Notes under the pieces: model-generated | The model's input: the letters and a program-made list of their open reading frames with translations, nothing else | Told to the model about the DNA's origin: nothing | Databases searched by the model: none | Translations under genes and position numbers: made by a program | Part shown: one piece after another, positions 21,254 through 32,888 of the stretch | Layout: the number at the start of each line of letters is the position of its first letter | Numbering within the stretch: position 1 is the first letter of the stretch | Source: Calditrichia bacterium | Lineage (GTDB): Bacteria > Calditrichota > Calditrichia > JAJRVZ01 | Length of the DNA: 64,000 bases | Direction: 5' to 3' | Assembly: GCA_963796965.1 (NCBI GenBank) | Contig: CAWCNS010000016.1 | Span: 32,001-96,000 of the forward strand

Positions 21254-21349
21254 TGCGGTAAAGCGTAGAGAGTAGAGTGTGGAGCGTGGAGCGAGGAGAG
21301 AAAAGCGTAGGGCTTGTCCCCCTACAAGCCCAATGAGCAGAGATGGGGC

Positions 21350-21493
21350 AGGAGTCCTTTGGACAATATGCGAAGAGCGAAATGTGAAATGTCAAAAGTG
21401 AAACACAGAAAAAAGATATGACGTTTCTGTAGGTAATACGATAAATGTAGGGGCAGATCGCGTCGAAGATCCCCTTCTACGGGGTGTCTGCCT
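21350..21493 (+). repeat. Modular composite intergenic repeat, copy C
   Basis: Same modules in the same order. Confidence 0.8.
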
Positions 21494-21592
21494 CATATAG
21501 ATATTATCGTAATTCAATATCCAATACCCAATTTCTATGCACCGAAAATTATCACATATCAACACATCCATAAATATTTAGCAGGATAAAAA

Positions 21593-24500
21593 ATGTCTAT
21601 ATCTGAGTTTTCTGTAAAGAATCCGGTACTCGTAAATCTTTTAATGATCGGACTGTTTGTTGCAGGAACCGCCTCCTTATTAAGAATGCCAACTGAAATT
21701 AATCCACAGGTTGATTTTAACTGGGTCTTTATCACGGTTATTTATCCAGGTGCGGCTCCTTCGGAAACTGAAAGTTTGATTGTTGATCCGCTTGAAGCAG
21801 AAGTAAAAGATATCGATGATGTGTCAGAAATACAATCAAATGCCGGTGAGGGATTTGGATTTGTAATGGTGAAGTTTGATGACATGTCTGAAAGCGAGTT
21901 CCGCGAACATTACGTTGATCTTAAATCTGAGATTGATAAAGTGAAATTTCCCGATGAGGCTGAGGATCCGATTATTGAGGCCTTTGATAGCGGAGATTTT
22001 CTACCTATCATAACCATCAACATGTCCTATACAACCTCCACCACAGATGCACAAAAAATTGCAGATAAACTGGAGGAAGATTTGCAGGATCTTCCGGGAG
22101 TAGCAAAAGTTCAGGTTTCTGGGTTGGCAGAAAGAGAAATATGGGTAGAAGTTGATCCTGCAAAATTAAATACCCGGAATGTATCTTTTACTGAATTAAT
22201 TTTAGCCCTGCGCACCAGAAACCTCAATGTTCCCGGTGGGAATATAACATTCGGTAGAAAAGAATATCTGATTCGCTCCCTTGGTGAATATCAATCCGTT
22301 GAGGAAATCGAAAATACAATAATTCGTTCTACGGGAAGCGGTGAGTATCTGAAAATTAAGGATGTGGCAGATGTAAATGATCGACGAGAAGAATTAAATA
22401 TTCTTTCACGAATTGATGGGAAACCCTCCATAACATTTTCTATTTCCAAGACAAGTGATGGTAATTCAATTGAGGTTATTGAGGATATTAAAAATATTAT
22501 TGAAACCTATAGAGAGAGAGCTCCAAAAGGTATTTCATTTAGCTTCACCAATGATAATTCAACTTACATCATGCGAACAATTAATGTTTTAAGAAATAAT
22601 GCCATTACAGGTATGATCTTAATTATAATTGTATTATACATCTTTTTGGGAAAAGGGAACGCCTTATTGGCGGCGCTCGGTATCCCTATATCGTTTTTTA
22701 TCACTTTCATATTCATGGATTTGACCGGATACACCTTTAATGGAAATACGCTTTTTGCTCTGGTGATGGTTTTAGGTATCATCGTTGATGATGCGATTAT
22801 TGTCGTTGAAAACTGTCACCGTTATCGAATGCAGGGCTTCAACTCATATCAGGCTGCCATTATGGGATCAAAGGAGGTTATCAGTCCTATCCTCTCTTCG
22901 ATTGGAACGAATATTGCCGCATTTTTACCCCTGATTCTTCTACCAGGAATCATGGGAAAATTTATGAGAATTATACCGATCGTATTTTCTTTAGCCTTGG
23001 TTGCTTCTATGTTCGAGGCGTTTATACTATTACCTTCCCATTATGCGGACTGGACCAGTAAGTCTAAAGTATATAAGAGGGGGGAGAAGGACTTTTTTAA
23101 AGCTTTACGCAGGGCTTACGGTCATTTCCTGATTAAGGTGCTACGTAGACGGTACATGGTGCTTTCAGCAATGGTTGTGATCTTAATTGTTGCCCTTGGT
23201 ATGATACCCCTTATTGGTGTAGAAATGTTTGGCGAAGAAGACTGGGATCAATTCAGGGTGTTAGTAAAATGTCCTGAGGGTACCAGTTTAGAAGAGACTG
23301 ATCGAATTGTCAGCAAATTTGAAAATGCCGCCGGGGTATTACCGCAATCTGAAATTCATGCGCTTGTAGTAAATGTAGGGCTCTTACAAGGAGCAAATGA
23401 ATGGTTAACCAGAAAGAATGTGGCCCAATTATTATTTGAGTTAAAACCGGTTGAAGAGCGAACTTATTCAACAGATGAAATGATTAATTTGATGCGAAAA
23501 GAAAGTGATAGAATTAGCGGACCGGTTTCTGTGGAATTTGAAAAAATTTCTGGTGGACCACCTGTGGGCAAACCGATATCTGTTAAAGTCCAGGGAAAAT
23601 ATCTGGAGGATATAAAAAAGGCCTCTGTCGCTTTACAAGATTCTTTGCGCAAATTATCAGGCACACATAGTATTGGTGACGACTATCCTCCCGGGAAGGA
23701 TGAAATAAGAATTACTGTTGATGATGAGAAAGCGGCACTCTATGGGTTTAATACGCAATATGTGTCGATGAGTGTCAGGTATGCTTTTGATGGAATTGAA
23801 GTGACTGAATACCGCGATGGCGATGAGGAAATTGATGTGGTCGTGAAATATGAGCAAACAGCACGCTCAGGTATTGATGATGTGTTAAATTTGCGTATTA
23901 CCAATGATCAAGGGCAAACTGTCGCCTTGCGGGAAATGGTCCGATTTGACATTAGTACAGGACCCGATGAAATTAAGCGATTTGATCAGAAGCGTACTAT
24001 AATTGTTGGTGGAGAAATCGATGATAATGTGACGACATTAGATCAGGTGAATAACTACCTCCTTGATATATTTCCGGATATGGAAGAAAGATTTCCTGGA
24101 ATATCATTTAAGTTAGGTGGACAGTTTGAAGAGTTTATGAACATTTTCAATGATATTACATCTCTGTTTCTCATCAGTTTAATTCTGATTTTTTTAATCC
24201 TGGGTACCCAATTCAACTCCTATGCCCAACCTCTTGTCATCATGACTACAGTCCCATTTGCTCTGATCGGTGCCATGCTCGGATTGATCATATCTGGGAA
24301 TCCCTTTAGTGCCTTCGCTCTATTTGGATTTGTCGCCCTCGCCGGGATTGTGGTAAACGATGCGATCGTGATGATGCATTTTGTCAATGAAAGACGAAAA
24401 GGTGAACACCTTTCTGTTTTCAGACTCTGGCGAAGTGTAATAAATGGTGGGCGTCTCCGTCTTCGGGCGATAATTCTGACTTCATTGACAACCATCTCCG

Positions 24501-24715
24501 GACTTATTCCCATGGCTTTTGGTATAGGCGGTATGTCTGAGATGTGGTCCCCCTTAGCAAATGTAATTCTTTTCGGATTAATGGTTTCCACCCTGTTAAC
24601 ACTTTTTGTTATCCCGAGCTTTCTTGCAGTTCTTGATGATATAAAAGGAAGCCGCCGAAAGGCTAGAAAATATCAACTAGAAGTAAATGAAAATAACCCG
24701 CCAATCCAAGTATGA
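21593..24715 (+). CDS. RND efflux permease (AcrB/AcrD/AcrF family)
   Basis: 1040 aa; GIIVDDAIIVVEN, GIVVNDAI, RLRAIILTSLTT motifs. Confidence 0.95.
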   Translation: MSISEFSVKNPVLVNLLMIGLFVAGTASLLRMPTEINPQVDFNWVFITVIYPGAAPSETESLIVDPLEAEVKDIDDVSEIQSNAGEGFGFVMVKFDDMSESEFREHYVDLKSEIDKVKFPDEAEDPIIEAFDSGDFLPIITINMSYTTSTTDAQKIADKLEEDLQDLPGVAKVQVSGLAEREIWVEVDPAKLNTRNVSFTELILALRTRNLNVPGGNITFGRKEYLIRSLGEYQSVEEIENTIIRSTGSGEYLKIKDVADVNDRREELNILSRIDGKPSITFSISKTSDGNSIEVIEDIKNIIETYRERAPKGISFSFTNDNSTYIMRTINVLRNNAITGMILIIIVLYIFLGKGNALLAALGIPISFFITFIFMDLTGYTFNGNTLFALVMVLGIIVDDAIIVVENCHRYRMQGFNSYQAAIMGSKEVISPILSSIGTNIAAFLPLILLPGIMGKFMRIIPIVFSLALVASMFEAFILLPSHYADWTSKSKVYKRGEKDFFKALRRAYGHFLIKVLRRRYMVLSAMVVILIVALGMIPLIGVEMFGEEDWDQFRVLVKCPEGTSLEETDRIVSKFENAAGVLPQSEIHALVVNVGLLQGANEWLTRKNVAQLLFELKPVEERTYSTDEMINLMRKESDRISGPVSVEFEKISGGPPVGKPISVKVQGKYLEDIKKASVALQDSLRKLSGTHSIGDDYPPGKDEIRITVDDEKAALYGFNTQYVSMSVRYAFDGIEVTEYRDGDEEIDVVVKYEQTARSGIDDVLNLRITNDQGQTVALREMVRFDISTGPDEIKRFDQKRTIIVGGEIDDNVTTLDQVNNYLLDIFPDMEERFPGISFKLGGQFEEFMNIFNDITSLFLISLILIFLILGTQFNSYAQPLVIMTTVPFALIGAMLGLIISGNPFSAFALFGFVALAGIVVNDAIVMMHFVNERRKGEHLSVFRLWRSVINGGRLRLRAIILTSLTTISGLIPMAFGIGGMSEMWSPLANVILFGLMVSTLLTLFVIPSFLAVLDDIKGSRRKARKYQLEVNENNPPIQV

Positions 24716-25734
24716 TGAACTTAAAAGATCTTGGCTGGAATCGGCATTTTAGTATTCATTTTAAAAACTTTAAGGAGCAGGGCCTAATTCCGGCCCGCGT
24801 GTTCACTGAAGGGCGTAAAAATTATACTCTTTTTTCAAAAAAGGGAGAACTCAGCGCCAACGCACGCGGCCTCCTCTGGCATCAGAAAAGCACGAAGACC
24901 GAAACACCTGTAGTGGGTGACTGGGTTGCGATTGAACTCTTACCTGAGAAAAATATTGCTCTTATTAAAGCAGTCATTCGAAGGAAAAATAGTTTCTCAC
25001 GAAGAACGTCTGGCGGAAGGAAAAAAATAGGTGGGGGAGAGGTATCAGAACAAATTATTGCTGCCAATGTTGATCTTGCTCTGATTGTGGTTGGGTTAGA
25101 CCGTGATTTTAATCTTAGACGCATTGAACGGTACATGACCCTTGTTCAGAGCAATGGTGCAGAGCCAATTATTATTCTGAATAAATCAGATCTTTGTGAC
25201 GAAAAACAAATAAGAAAAAAAGAAGTTAAAAAGTTATTCCCCAATACCAATGTTCGAACGCTGGTTGCCTTAAATAAGAAAGACGTTTCCTCCTTAAAAA
25301 AATTTATTAAACCGGGGATGACTGTTGCCGTTTTAGGTTCTTCAGGCGTTGGCAAATCTACTCTAATCAATCAATTGCTTGGCTATGATAAACAATTTGT
25401 TAAAAATATCAGTAATAAAGCAGGGAAAGGGCAGCACACCACAAGCCATCGTGAACTAATAATTCTTCCTGAAGGAGGAATTATTATGGATAATCCGGGA
25501 ATGAGGGAGATCCAGCTCTGGGGTGATGAAGAGGATTTATGGGAAACGTTTGCGGATATTGATCATCATGCTCAGGAGTGTAAATTCAGAAATTGTCGTC
25601 ATGAAAATGAGCCCCAATGTGCCGTTAGGGATGCCGTTGATAGTGGAAAAGTTGATAAAAAACGATTTGATAATTATCTAAAACTTCGTTCAGAGCTGGG
25701 TGAACTCCAAAAAAAACAGCAGAAAAAACGATGA
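24712..25734 (+). CDS. rsgA: Ribosome small subunit-dependent GTPase A
   Basis: PVVGDWV, AANVD, NKSD, GSSGVGKSTL, GQHTT, DNPG, CKFRNCRHENEPQC. Confidence 0.95.
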   Translation: MMNLKDLGWNRHFSIHFKNFKEQGLIPARVFTEGRKNYTLFSKKGELSANARGLLWHQKSTKTETPVVGDWVAIELLPEKNIALIKAVIRRKNSFSRRTSGGRKKIGGGEVSEQIIAANVDLALIVVGLDRDFNLRRIERYMTLVQSNGAEPIIILNKSDLCDEKQIRKKEVKKLFPNTNVRTLVALNKKDVSSLKKFIKPGMTVAVLGSSGVGKSTLINQLLGYDKQFVKNISNKAGKGQHTTSHRELIILPEGGIIMDNPGMREIQLWGDEEDLWETFADIDHHAQECKFRNCRHENEPQCAVRDAVDSGKVDKKRFDNYLKLRSELGELQKKQQKKR

Positions 25735-25789
25735 ATCCGTGGCATGTAGGGGTAGACCCATGTGTCTGCCATTATAATTGATCTGACTA

Positions 25790-27094
25790 TTAAAAAACAA
25801 CCCCAACTTCCAATATTAACTGCCCACGCCAATCACGATTAAAACCATAATCTATACGGAATATTTCAACATAGGGTAAATGGAAAAGAATTCCGAATCC
25901 AAAACCTGTCTTATAATTATTTATATGATGTTCAAGTGGATTGCTCCATATAATGCCCGAATCAACAAAAAGTGAGGCACTTACACCAAATTTTAAATTA
26001 TGCAAATATTGCTCTGGAAGAGGAGGAACGTTTAAGGAAAAATACTGAACCGGTATAATATTAAACCGGGTTTCTGCACTGAGGATCTGAACATGACGGC
26101 CCTCAGCGGACTCATAAAAATGCCCTCTTATCCTTTCAGAATAACCTATATAGTTCATTCGATATACGGGTACATTTCCAAATAAAGAATTTTGATAGAA
26201 ACGACCCGCCAAAATAATAGGTCCTACTTCTTGATATTTCCTGAGATCTACTTCAACCCGGTTGTAGTGGTTATATGTTTCAAATAGACCATAATTAAAT
26301 AATTTTATGTTATTAAACCATCCATCAGAAGGATAGTAGTATAAATCGCGTGTATCATGGCGGATTGAGAACTCAACGCCAAATGTGTGTTCAACGAACT
26401 TGCCCGATTGCATCAAATATTGAAATTGAGGGTCTACTTTTATGCGATCATAATGAAATGTAGCGGCCGTATTAAAATGATGTCCCCACCATTTGCCAAG
26501 CATGATATTGCCTGTTATATGACTCTCTTCAAAATCCGGTATAGTTCTATGTGTAATATTTGATTTCGTAATACTAAATCCAGTATTAAGATGAAGAGAA
26601 TCCCCGGCCCATTGATCAGAAAATCTAATTCCAAAACCAGGGCGATAGCCAAACCAGAATCCTAGCCAAACCCTTTCGTTCTGACCGCGAAAGTTCTGAT
26701 CAATAGCACTTAAACCATAGGACCATTTACTCCAGTCACGTTCATGGATGGTTAATATAGGTAGGGGATAAAAATAAATCTTTTCTGTTACTTCAATTAA
26801 AAGAATAAGGCTCTTCTCATCCTGGGGATAGAGTTTAAACTCAACGCGATTGAAGAGATACAGGTTCATTAATCGCTGACGTGACTCCTGTAATTTCTCT
26901 TCATTGGGGATATCTCCAACGTGAACCAACAATTCCCTTACTATCACATTGTCACCCGTAACCTCATTACCCATAATAACAATATTCTGGATAGTTTTAG
27001 TGCTGTCCTGACTTTTTAGTATGGAGAAATTGATAAAGAAGAATAAAAAAATAAAAAAAATATATGTGGATTGAGTTTTGTTTTTGATTTTCAT
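25790..27094 (-). CDS. Omp85/BamA-TamA-family outer-membrane protein with one POTRA domain
   Basis: GNEVT..VIVRELL POTRA segment; RIRG motif; C-terminal Phe. Confidence 0.8.
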   Translation of the reverse strand: MKIKNKTQSTYIFFIFLFFFINFSILKSQDSTKTIQNIVIMGNEVTGDNVIVRELLVHVGDIPNEEKLQESRQRLMNLYLFNRVEFKLYPQDEKSLILLIEVTEKIYFYPLPILTIHERDWSKWSYGLSAIDQNFRGQNERVWLGFWFGYRPGFGIRFSDQWAGDSLHLNTGFSITKSNITHRTIPDFEESHITGNIMLGKWWGHHFNTAATFHYDRIKVDPQFQYLMQSGKFVEHTFGVEFSIRHDTRDLYYYPSDGWFNNIKLFNYGLFETYNHYNRVEVDLRKYQEVGPIILAGRFYQNSLFGNVPVYRMNYIGYSERIRGHFYESAEGRHVQILSAETRFNIIPVQYFSLNVPPLPEQYLHNLKFGVSASLFVDSGIIWSNPLEHHINNYKTGFGFGILFHLPYVEIFRIDYGFNRDWRGQLILEVGVVF

Positions 27095-27255
27095 GATTTA
27101 ATTATTTATAAACCGGACGCTCTTTTCTTTTGATCTTAAATTAAATAATAGAGCGGATGTTCCTAAAATATTTCTTTTTTATTAAAATGATTGAATTATT
27201 AACTGATTAGCATTTAATTTAACGCCAGTGAATTGAAATTCAAAAATAATAAAAG

Positions 27256-28650
27256 ATGTATAACCATAAGATTTATTCCATTATTATTCTCTTATTTTCT
27301 TCGATCATATATTTTATAATCGGATTCTTAGACGATTATAAGAGCCAGATTGAAGTATATTTCGCCCTGATAATTCCACTTTTTATATTTTATGGAATCC
27401 TTGTTTACAAAATCATAAATACCCGTATTTCAACGGGTTGGGTAATGATCACTTTTTTTGCCACTGCAATTATTGTACGTCTTTTGCTGATACCCTCAGA
27501 ACCCGTACTTTCAGATGATGTCTACCGTTATTTATGGGATGGAAGAGTAAATTCTGCGGGAATAAATCCCTATCAATTTACTCCGGATAGTAATGAGTTG
27601 AAATCCCTCCGAGATGAAACAATTTACCCCAAAATAAATTTTCCGGAAATTGCCACGGTCTATCCACCCCTTTCACAATTTTATTTTCTTATTAATGAGT
27701 GGATTGGAGGTAATCTTCTTTCGTGGAAGTTATTATTATTGATGATGGAGGTTTTAGTTTGGGTTTTGCTAATCAGGCTTCTTAATTATTTTGATATTCA
27801 CAAATCAAGAATTTTTATTTTTATATATAATCCACTGTTAATAATTGAGACTTACCAAAGTGCTCATCTTGAGATCATTGGCGTCTTTTTTTTCTGGTTG
27901 GCTATATACGAATTTTATAAAAAGCATGATTGGAGAAGTGTCTTCTTTTATACATTATCGATTCTAACGAAATTTCTCCCCTTATTCTCCGGGATTGTTC
28001 TATTTTGGAATAAAACATCCCGTAAAATATTGTTAATGCTGGGTATAACTCTTGTTCTTTTGTTGCCATTCAGTTTGTCCGAATCCATTCCTCTTCCCGG
28101 ATTATTCTCATATCTAAATCGCTGGGAGTTTAATGGTGCTTCCTTCCAACTCATCGATTCCCTTTTTAAAATGATTCATCTACCGGAATACAAGTGGATG
28201 ACCCTTGACCTGAGTGGTCATTCCGAAACCTTCCATGTGGGAACCGGGTATTACTACAAAATAATTGCAGCAATCTTTTTTATTATCTTGGTCTTTGCCC
28301 AGTTGAATAAATTACAGGCCACAGCGAGATTTCGCACGATTTCATTTCTCCAAACCAGTTTCGTATTTACAGGGGCTATTTTGCTCCTGACTCCCACATT
28401 ATACCCCTGGTATATCATTTGGATTCTCCCTTTTCTTGTTTTCATACCAAATATCTCCTGGCTCCTTTTTTCTTTCCTCATTCAATTCTCATATTTTATC
28501 CTAAAGAGTTATAATGTGTCAGGAATCTGGGAAGAGTCCGTCTGGATTCTCCTGCTCGAATATGTGCCATTTTACCTGCTTTTAATCTTTGAGTATTTGG
28601 ATAAGAGTAATATTAGAGGATGGTTTATTAGAAAGGGCAATATAATTTAG
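27256..28650 (+). CDS. Polytopic GT-C (GT87-like) membrane glycosyltransferase
   Basis: LSDDVYRYLWDG, INPY, TVYPP, YNPL, TLYPWY motifs; many TM segments. Confidence 0.7.
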   Translation: MYNHKIYSIIILLFSSIIYFIIGFLDDYKSQIEVYFALIIPLFIFYGILVYKIINTRISTGWVMITFFATAIIVRLLLIPSEPVLSDDVYRYLWDGRVNSAGINPYQFTPDSNELKSLRDETIYPKINFPEIATVYPPLSQFYFLINEWIGGNLLSWKLLLLMMEVLVWVLLIRLLNYFDIHKSRIFIFIYNPLLIIETYQSAHLEIIGVFFFWLAIYEFYKKHDWRSVFFYTLSILTKFLPLFSGIVLFWNKTSRKILLMLGITLVLLLPFSLSESIPLPGLFSYLNRWEFNGASFQLIDSLFKMIHLPEYKWMTLDLSGHSETFHVGTGYYYKIIAAIFFIILVFAQLNKLQATARFRTISFLQTSFVFTGAILLLTPTLYPWYIIWILPFLVFIPNISWLLFSFLIQFSYFILKSYNVSGIWEESVWILLLEYVPFYLLLIFEYLDKSNIRGWFIRKGNII

Positions 28651-28726
28651 TGATAGAAATATCTCTCATCGGGCTCTGCGTTTAGATGATATTTTACTTG
28701 AAAACCAGATTAAATGTGTTGATTGG

Positions 28727-29581
28727 TTATGGCGTGTCTGTAAATCTAATATACTTTTCTTTCAACATTGTGTAATATTTTACCTCTCCTGCTTTTTCAC
28801 GTTTATTTGCGCCGAGTAGATATATATTTATTTTTTTTAAAAGCATTTGAATCGCAGACTGTTTCTTCTTTCTGGATAAATCAGACATGTTAATGATCTT
28901 TTCCAATGCTTGTATTCTAAAACGATCAATACCCCAGTATTTATGAGAAAGTTGATCGCTATGACCCCCATATTTTATTATCTGGGCTTCTGAAAGATAA
29001 AGAACGGGTAGGAAAGCACTTATCCGTAACCATAGATCGTAATCTTCACATACGGGAAGAGATTCATCAAACAAGCCAAAGGAGTCAAAGACAGATCGGT
29101 GTATGATCACGGAAGAAGGGGACATTACACAGAGGGGTAAACATTTTTCGAAAATTTCTCCGCCAAACTTTTCATGCTTCTTGCCTTGATTAACGCGCCG
29201 GCCATGTCTGATCCATATTTCATTTGTATGACATATTTTATACAGGGATTGTTTGTTGAGGGCATCTAATTGTTTCTCTAATTTTTGGGGGAGCCATTCA
29301 TCATCCGAATCAAGAAATGCTATCCACTCACCTTTTGCGGTCCGGATTCCAAGATTTCGGGCGCTGCTTATTCCAGTGTTTTTCTGATACAGGTAAGATA
29401 CATGAGGATATGATTCCTTGATAAAAATATCTGTGTCATCAGTGGATCCATCATCGATGATAATAATTTCATCTGCCGGCTTGCTTTGGTTTAGCACGGA
29501 ATCAATTGCCCGCCCGAGGACCGGGCGTCGATTATAGGTAGGAATTATAACAGAAATAGAGTTTGTATTAAATGATGACAT
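28727..29581 (-). CDS. GT2 glycosyltransferase
   Basis: SVIIPTYNR, IDDGSTD, FLDSDD, EDYDLW. Confidence 0.92.
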   Translation of the reverse strand: MSSFNTNSISVIIPTYNRRPVLGRAIDSVLNQSKPADEIIIIDDGSTDDTDIFIKESYPHVSYLYQKNTGISSARNLGIRTAKGEWIAFLDSDDEWLPQKLEKQLDALNKQSLYKICHTNEIWIRHGRRVNQGKKHEKFGGEIFEKCLPLCVMSPSSVIIHRSVFDSFGLFDESLPVCEDYDLWLRISAFLPVLYLSEAQIIKYGGHSDQLSHKYWGIDRFRIQALEKIINMSDLSRKKKQSAIQMLLKKINIYLLGANKREKAGEVKYYTMLKEKYIRFTDTP

Positions 29582-29739
29582 AGATTTATATTCTAAGTTA
29601 GGAATTAGGAATTTAGACTAATTTGTTGATTTCTAAATTGTAAATCTCGTATCTCGTATCTCGTATCTCATATCTCATATCTCATATCCCGATTCCTGTA
29701 TCCCGTATCCCAAATCCCAAATCGCCGATCTCATCTGTT

Positions 29740-31162
29740 TTAAACATTCATAACCAATAATTTTAATTCCGTCATTTCTTCCATGGCAAAACGGACACCT
29801 TCGCGCCCCATTCCAGATAATTTTGTTCCACCATAAGGCATGGGATCGACACGGTAGGTTGGTACATCTCCAATGACCAAGCCTCCTACTTCTAACATTT
29901 CATATGCTTCAAATATAATTGCTGCATTTAGAGTAAATAATCCTGCCTGCAAACCGAAGTCAGAATTGTTTACCTGCTTCAAAGCCTCCTGAATATCATC
30001 ATAGGTATAGACAACTGTCAAAGGAGCGAAGACCTCCTGGCAACTCACCTTCATCGAAGGATCAACGTTACTGAGAATCGTTGGCATAATAAAATTTCCT
30101 TTACTTTCACCTCCAACCTCTATCCTCGCTCCACCACCCGTTGCTTCATCTATCCATTTATTAACACGATCTACTTCACTTTTATTAATCATTGGACCGA
30201 CGAAGGTGTCTTCAGCCGCAGGATCACCTACTTTTAGGTTACGAACGATATCACAAAATTTATCCATAAATTTCTTGTAAATTTTTTGATGTACGAAAAT
30301 TCGCTGTACGGATATACAATTTTGACCGCTTTGAACATACCCTCCCATTGCACATCGCTCCGCAGCAAAATTGATATCAGCATCATCGTGGATAATGACA
30401 CCAGCATTTCCCCCCAATTCTAACGTTACCTGCTTACGACCCGCCTTGTTTTTAATAGCCCAGCCAACTTCAGGGCTACCTGTAAAGGTTACCATCCTAA
30501 TCCTGTCATCCTCAAGCAAAATATGTGCATCAATTGAAGCAGCTGGAATTACATTAAGTGTTCCTGCCGGCCAACCGGCTTTTTCTATGGATTGAGCCAA
30601 TCGAAGGGCAGAGAGAGGGGTTTGAGACGCAGGTTTTAGAATCATTGTATTTCCGGAGGCAAGGGCCGGGGCGACCTTGTGACAAACAAGATTGAGTGGG
30701 AAGTTAAAGGGAGAGATGCCCAGAATAGGTCCGATTGGAAATCGTCTCAGAAGGGCCCAACGACCCTCAGATGCCGCTTCGAAGTCCAGAGGCATGTGCT
30801 CCCCACGTAATCGTTTAGACTCTTCTAATGCATCGGTAAACGTTGAAACTGCCCTTGCAGCTTCTCCCCGGGCGGTTTTTATGGGCTTTGCCGATTCTTC
30901 ACTGATAATTTCTGCAAATTCTTCCTGGTTCTCGCGGAGGTCATCTATAATGAGTTGTAATTTTTCAATTCTTTCATAGAGGGGCATTTTTCGCGTAAAA
31001 GAGAAGGCCTCAACAGCACCCCGAATGGAATCCTCAATATCTTGTTTGCCGGGGCGGTACGTTTTACCAACAACGTGCTCATCAAAGGGAGAGTAAATCT
31101 GTCAATTCTGTATTCGACTTCCGTAACTCCCCATTAATATACATGGGAAAATCATACGTCAT
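29740..31162 (-). CDS. Aldehyde dehydrogenase family protein (frameshift near 31102)
   Basis: PFNFPLNL, KPASQTP, FTGS, LELGGN, GQNCIS, EVFAP; N-terminus MTYDFPMYINGE with GGAG RBS lies in another frame. Confidence 0.9.
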
Positions 31163-31420
31163 TTCGATCTCCTTTCAAGATATGGGAACGACTCAAGATA
31201 AAAAAAAATATCATCTGGAAAAAGAAGAACCCAGAAAATTTTAATATCCAGTTGTTTCAAATTAGTATGATACCTAATTTTACAAATACTTCATTTCAAT
31301 CTTAATAAATCCAAATAATAGGTCAGTTTTTATCAAAACAAGATGTACTAACGTAAACTAATTACGGATCAGCTTTAATATTCATCAGTTACATGTATTT
31401 GCAAATGATGTGGAGGAACT

Positions 31421-32741
31421 ATGACTAAAATTATTTCTTTTCTTTTTGTTCTCTTTTTGTTTTTAAATATCTATGCACAACAGAAAAATATTCAATTTGT
31501 AGAATATGATTTGTCTAATGGCTTACATGTGATTCTACATCAGGATGATACGACACCGATAGTAGCGGTGTCAATAATGTATCATGTGGGATCAAAAAAT
31601 GAGGATCCGGAAAGAACAGGATTTGCACATTTTTTTGAACATTTGATGTTTTCTGAAACAAAAAATATTGGGGAAGGGGAATATACCCGTCTTGTTCAGA
31701 ATGCCGGCGGTACATTAAATGCTTTTACCTCTTTTGATCAAACCTATTATTATCAGATATTACCGTCCAATCAAATAGCTTTGGGGTTGTGGTTAGAATC
31801 GGAGCGCATGAACAATCTTAAAATAACGGATAAAGAAGTGGAGACCCAACGCAAAGTCGTAAAGGAAGAACGAAAGAAACGTTATGAGAACGAACCCTAT
31901 GGTTCATTCTTAGAACAGATGTTTAAGCGTGCCTTCACAACACATCCGTACCGTTGGATTCCGATTGGCCAGACACAATATATCGATCAGGCCAAAGTAG
32001 AAGAATTTGCCGACTTTTATGCCCACTATTATGTGCCGCAAAATGCAACCTTATCGATAGCTGGTGATATCAATATTGAAGAAACAAAAAAAATGGTTAA
32101 ACAGTATTTTGCTGATATCCCACGGGGCGAATCCAAAATTAAACGACCGACAGTAACAGAACCACCACAGAATGCTGAATTAAGGGATGTCATATATGAT
32201 AATATTCAATTACCCGGTGTATTTTTAGCCTATCATATACCCGAGCAGGGCAATGCCGATTATTATGCGCTAAGCATGCTAACTACTTTATTATCAACAG
32301 GACAGAGTTCACGTTTATATAAAGAGATCGTAGATAAGCAGCAAAAAGCAGTCCAGGTAACAGCGATACCTCTGGCGTTTGAAGATCCGGGACTATTTGT
32401 AATCCTGGGAATTGCCAATGTCGGCGTCGAAGTTGATGAAGTCGAATTATTAATGGAGAAAGAATTCGATCGGGTGAAATCTGACTTGATTAGTGATAAA
32501 GAGTTTCAAAAATTACGTAACCAAATAGAGAGTCAATTTGTTGATCAAAATTCAACCGTTGCAGGTATCGCTCAGAATCTGGCGAATTACCACATCTTCT
32601 TTAATAAGACAAATCTCATCAATACCGAGATCCAGCGCTATCTAAAGGTAACCAGAGAAGATATAAAGCGTGTCAGCTAACCAATATCTATCCAAATCCA
32701 ATCGTGTGGTTCTCCATTATCTTCCTCAACCAGCGATGTAG
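31421..32741 (+). CDS. M16B zinc peptidase, catalytic subunit (frameshift near 32676)
   Basis: HFFEH inverted Zn motif, NAFTS; signal peptide; C-terminus restored by removing one base. Confidence 0.9.
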
Positions 32742-32888
32742 ACGCATTAAGTTTAAGAAGAGATAAAGATTAATGAGTAAAGAGAAGAGAGAAGAGGGAA
32801 GAGAGAAAAAAAGTGTTTATCTGTCGATCCCTTCTCTGAGTTGCTAAGAATCTATGAGAATTTGATAAACAATATAATGGGGTATGAA

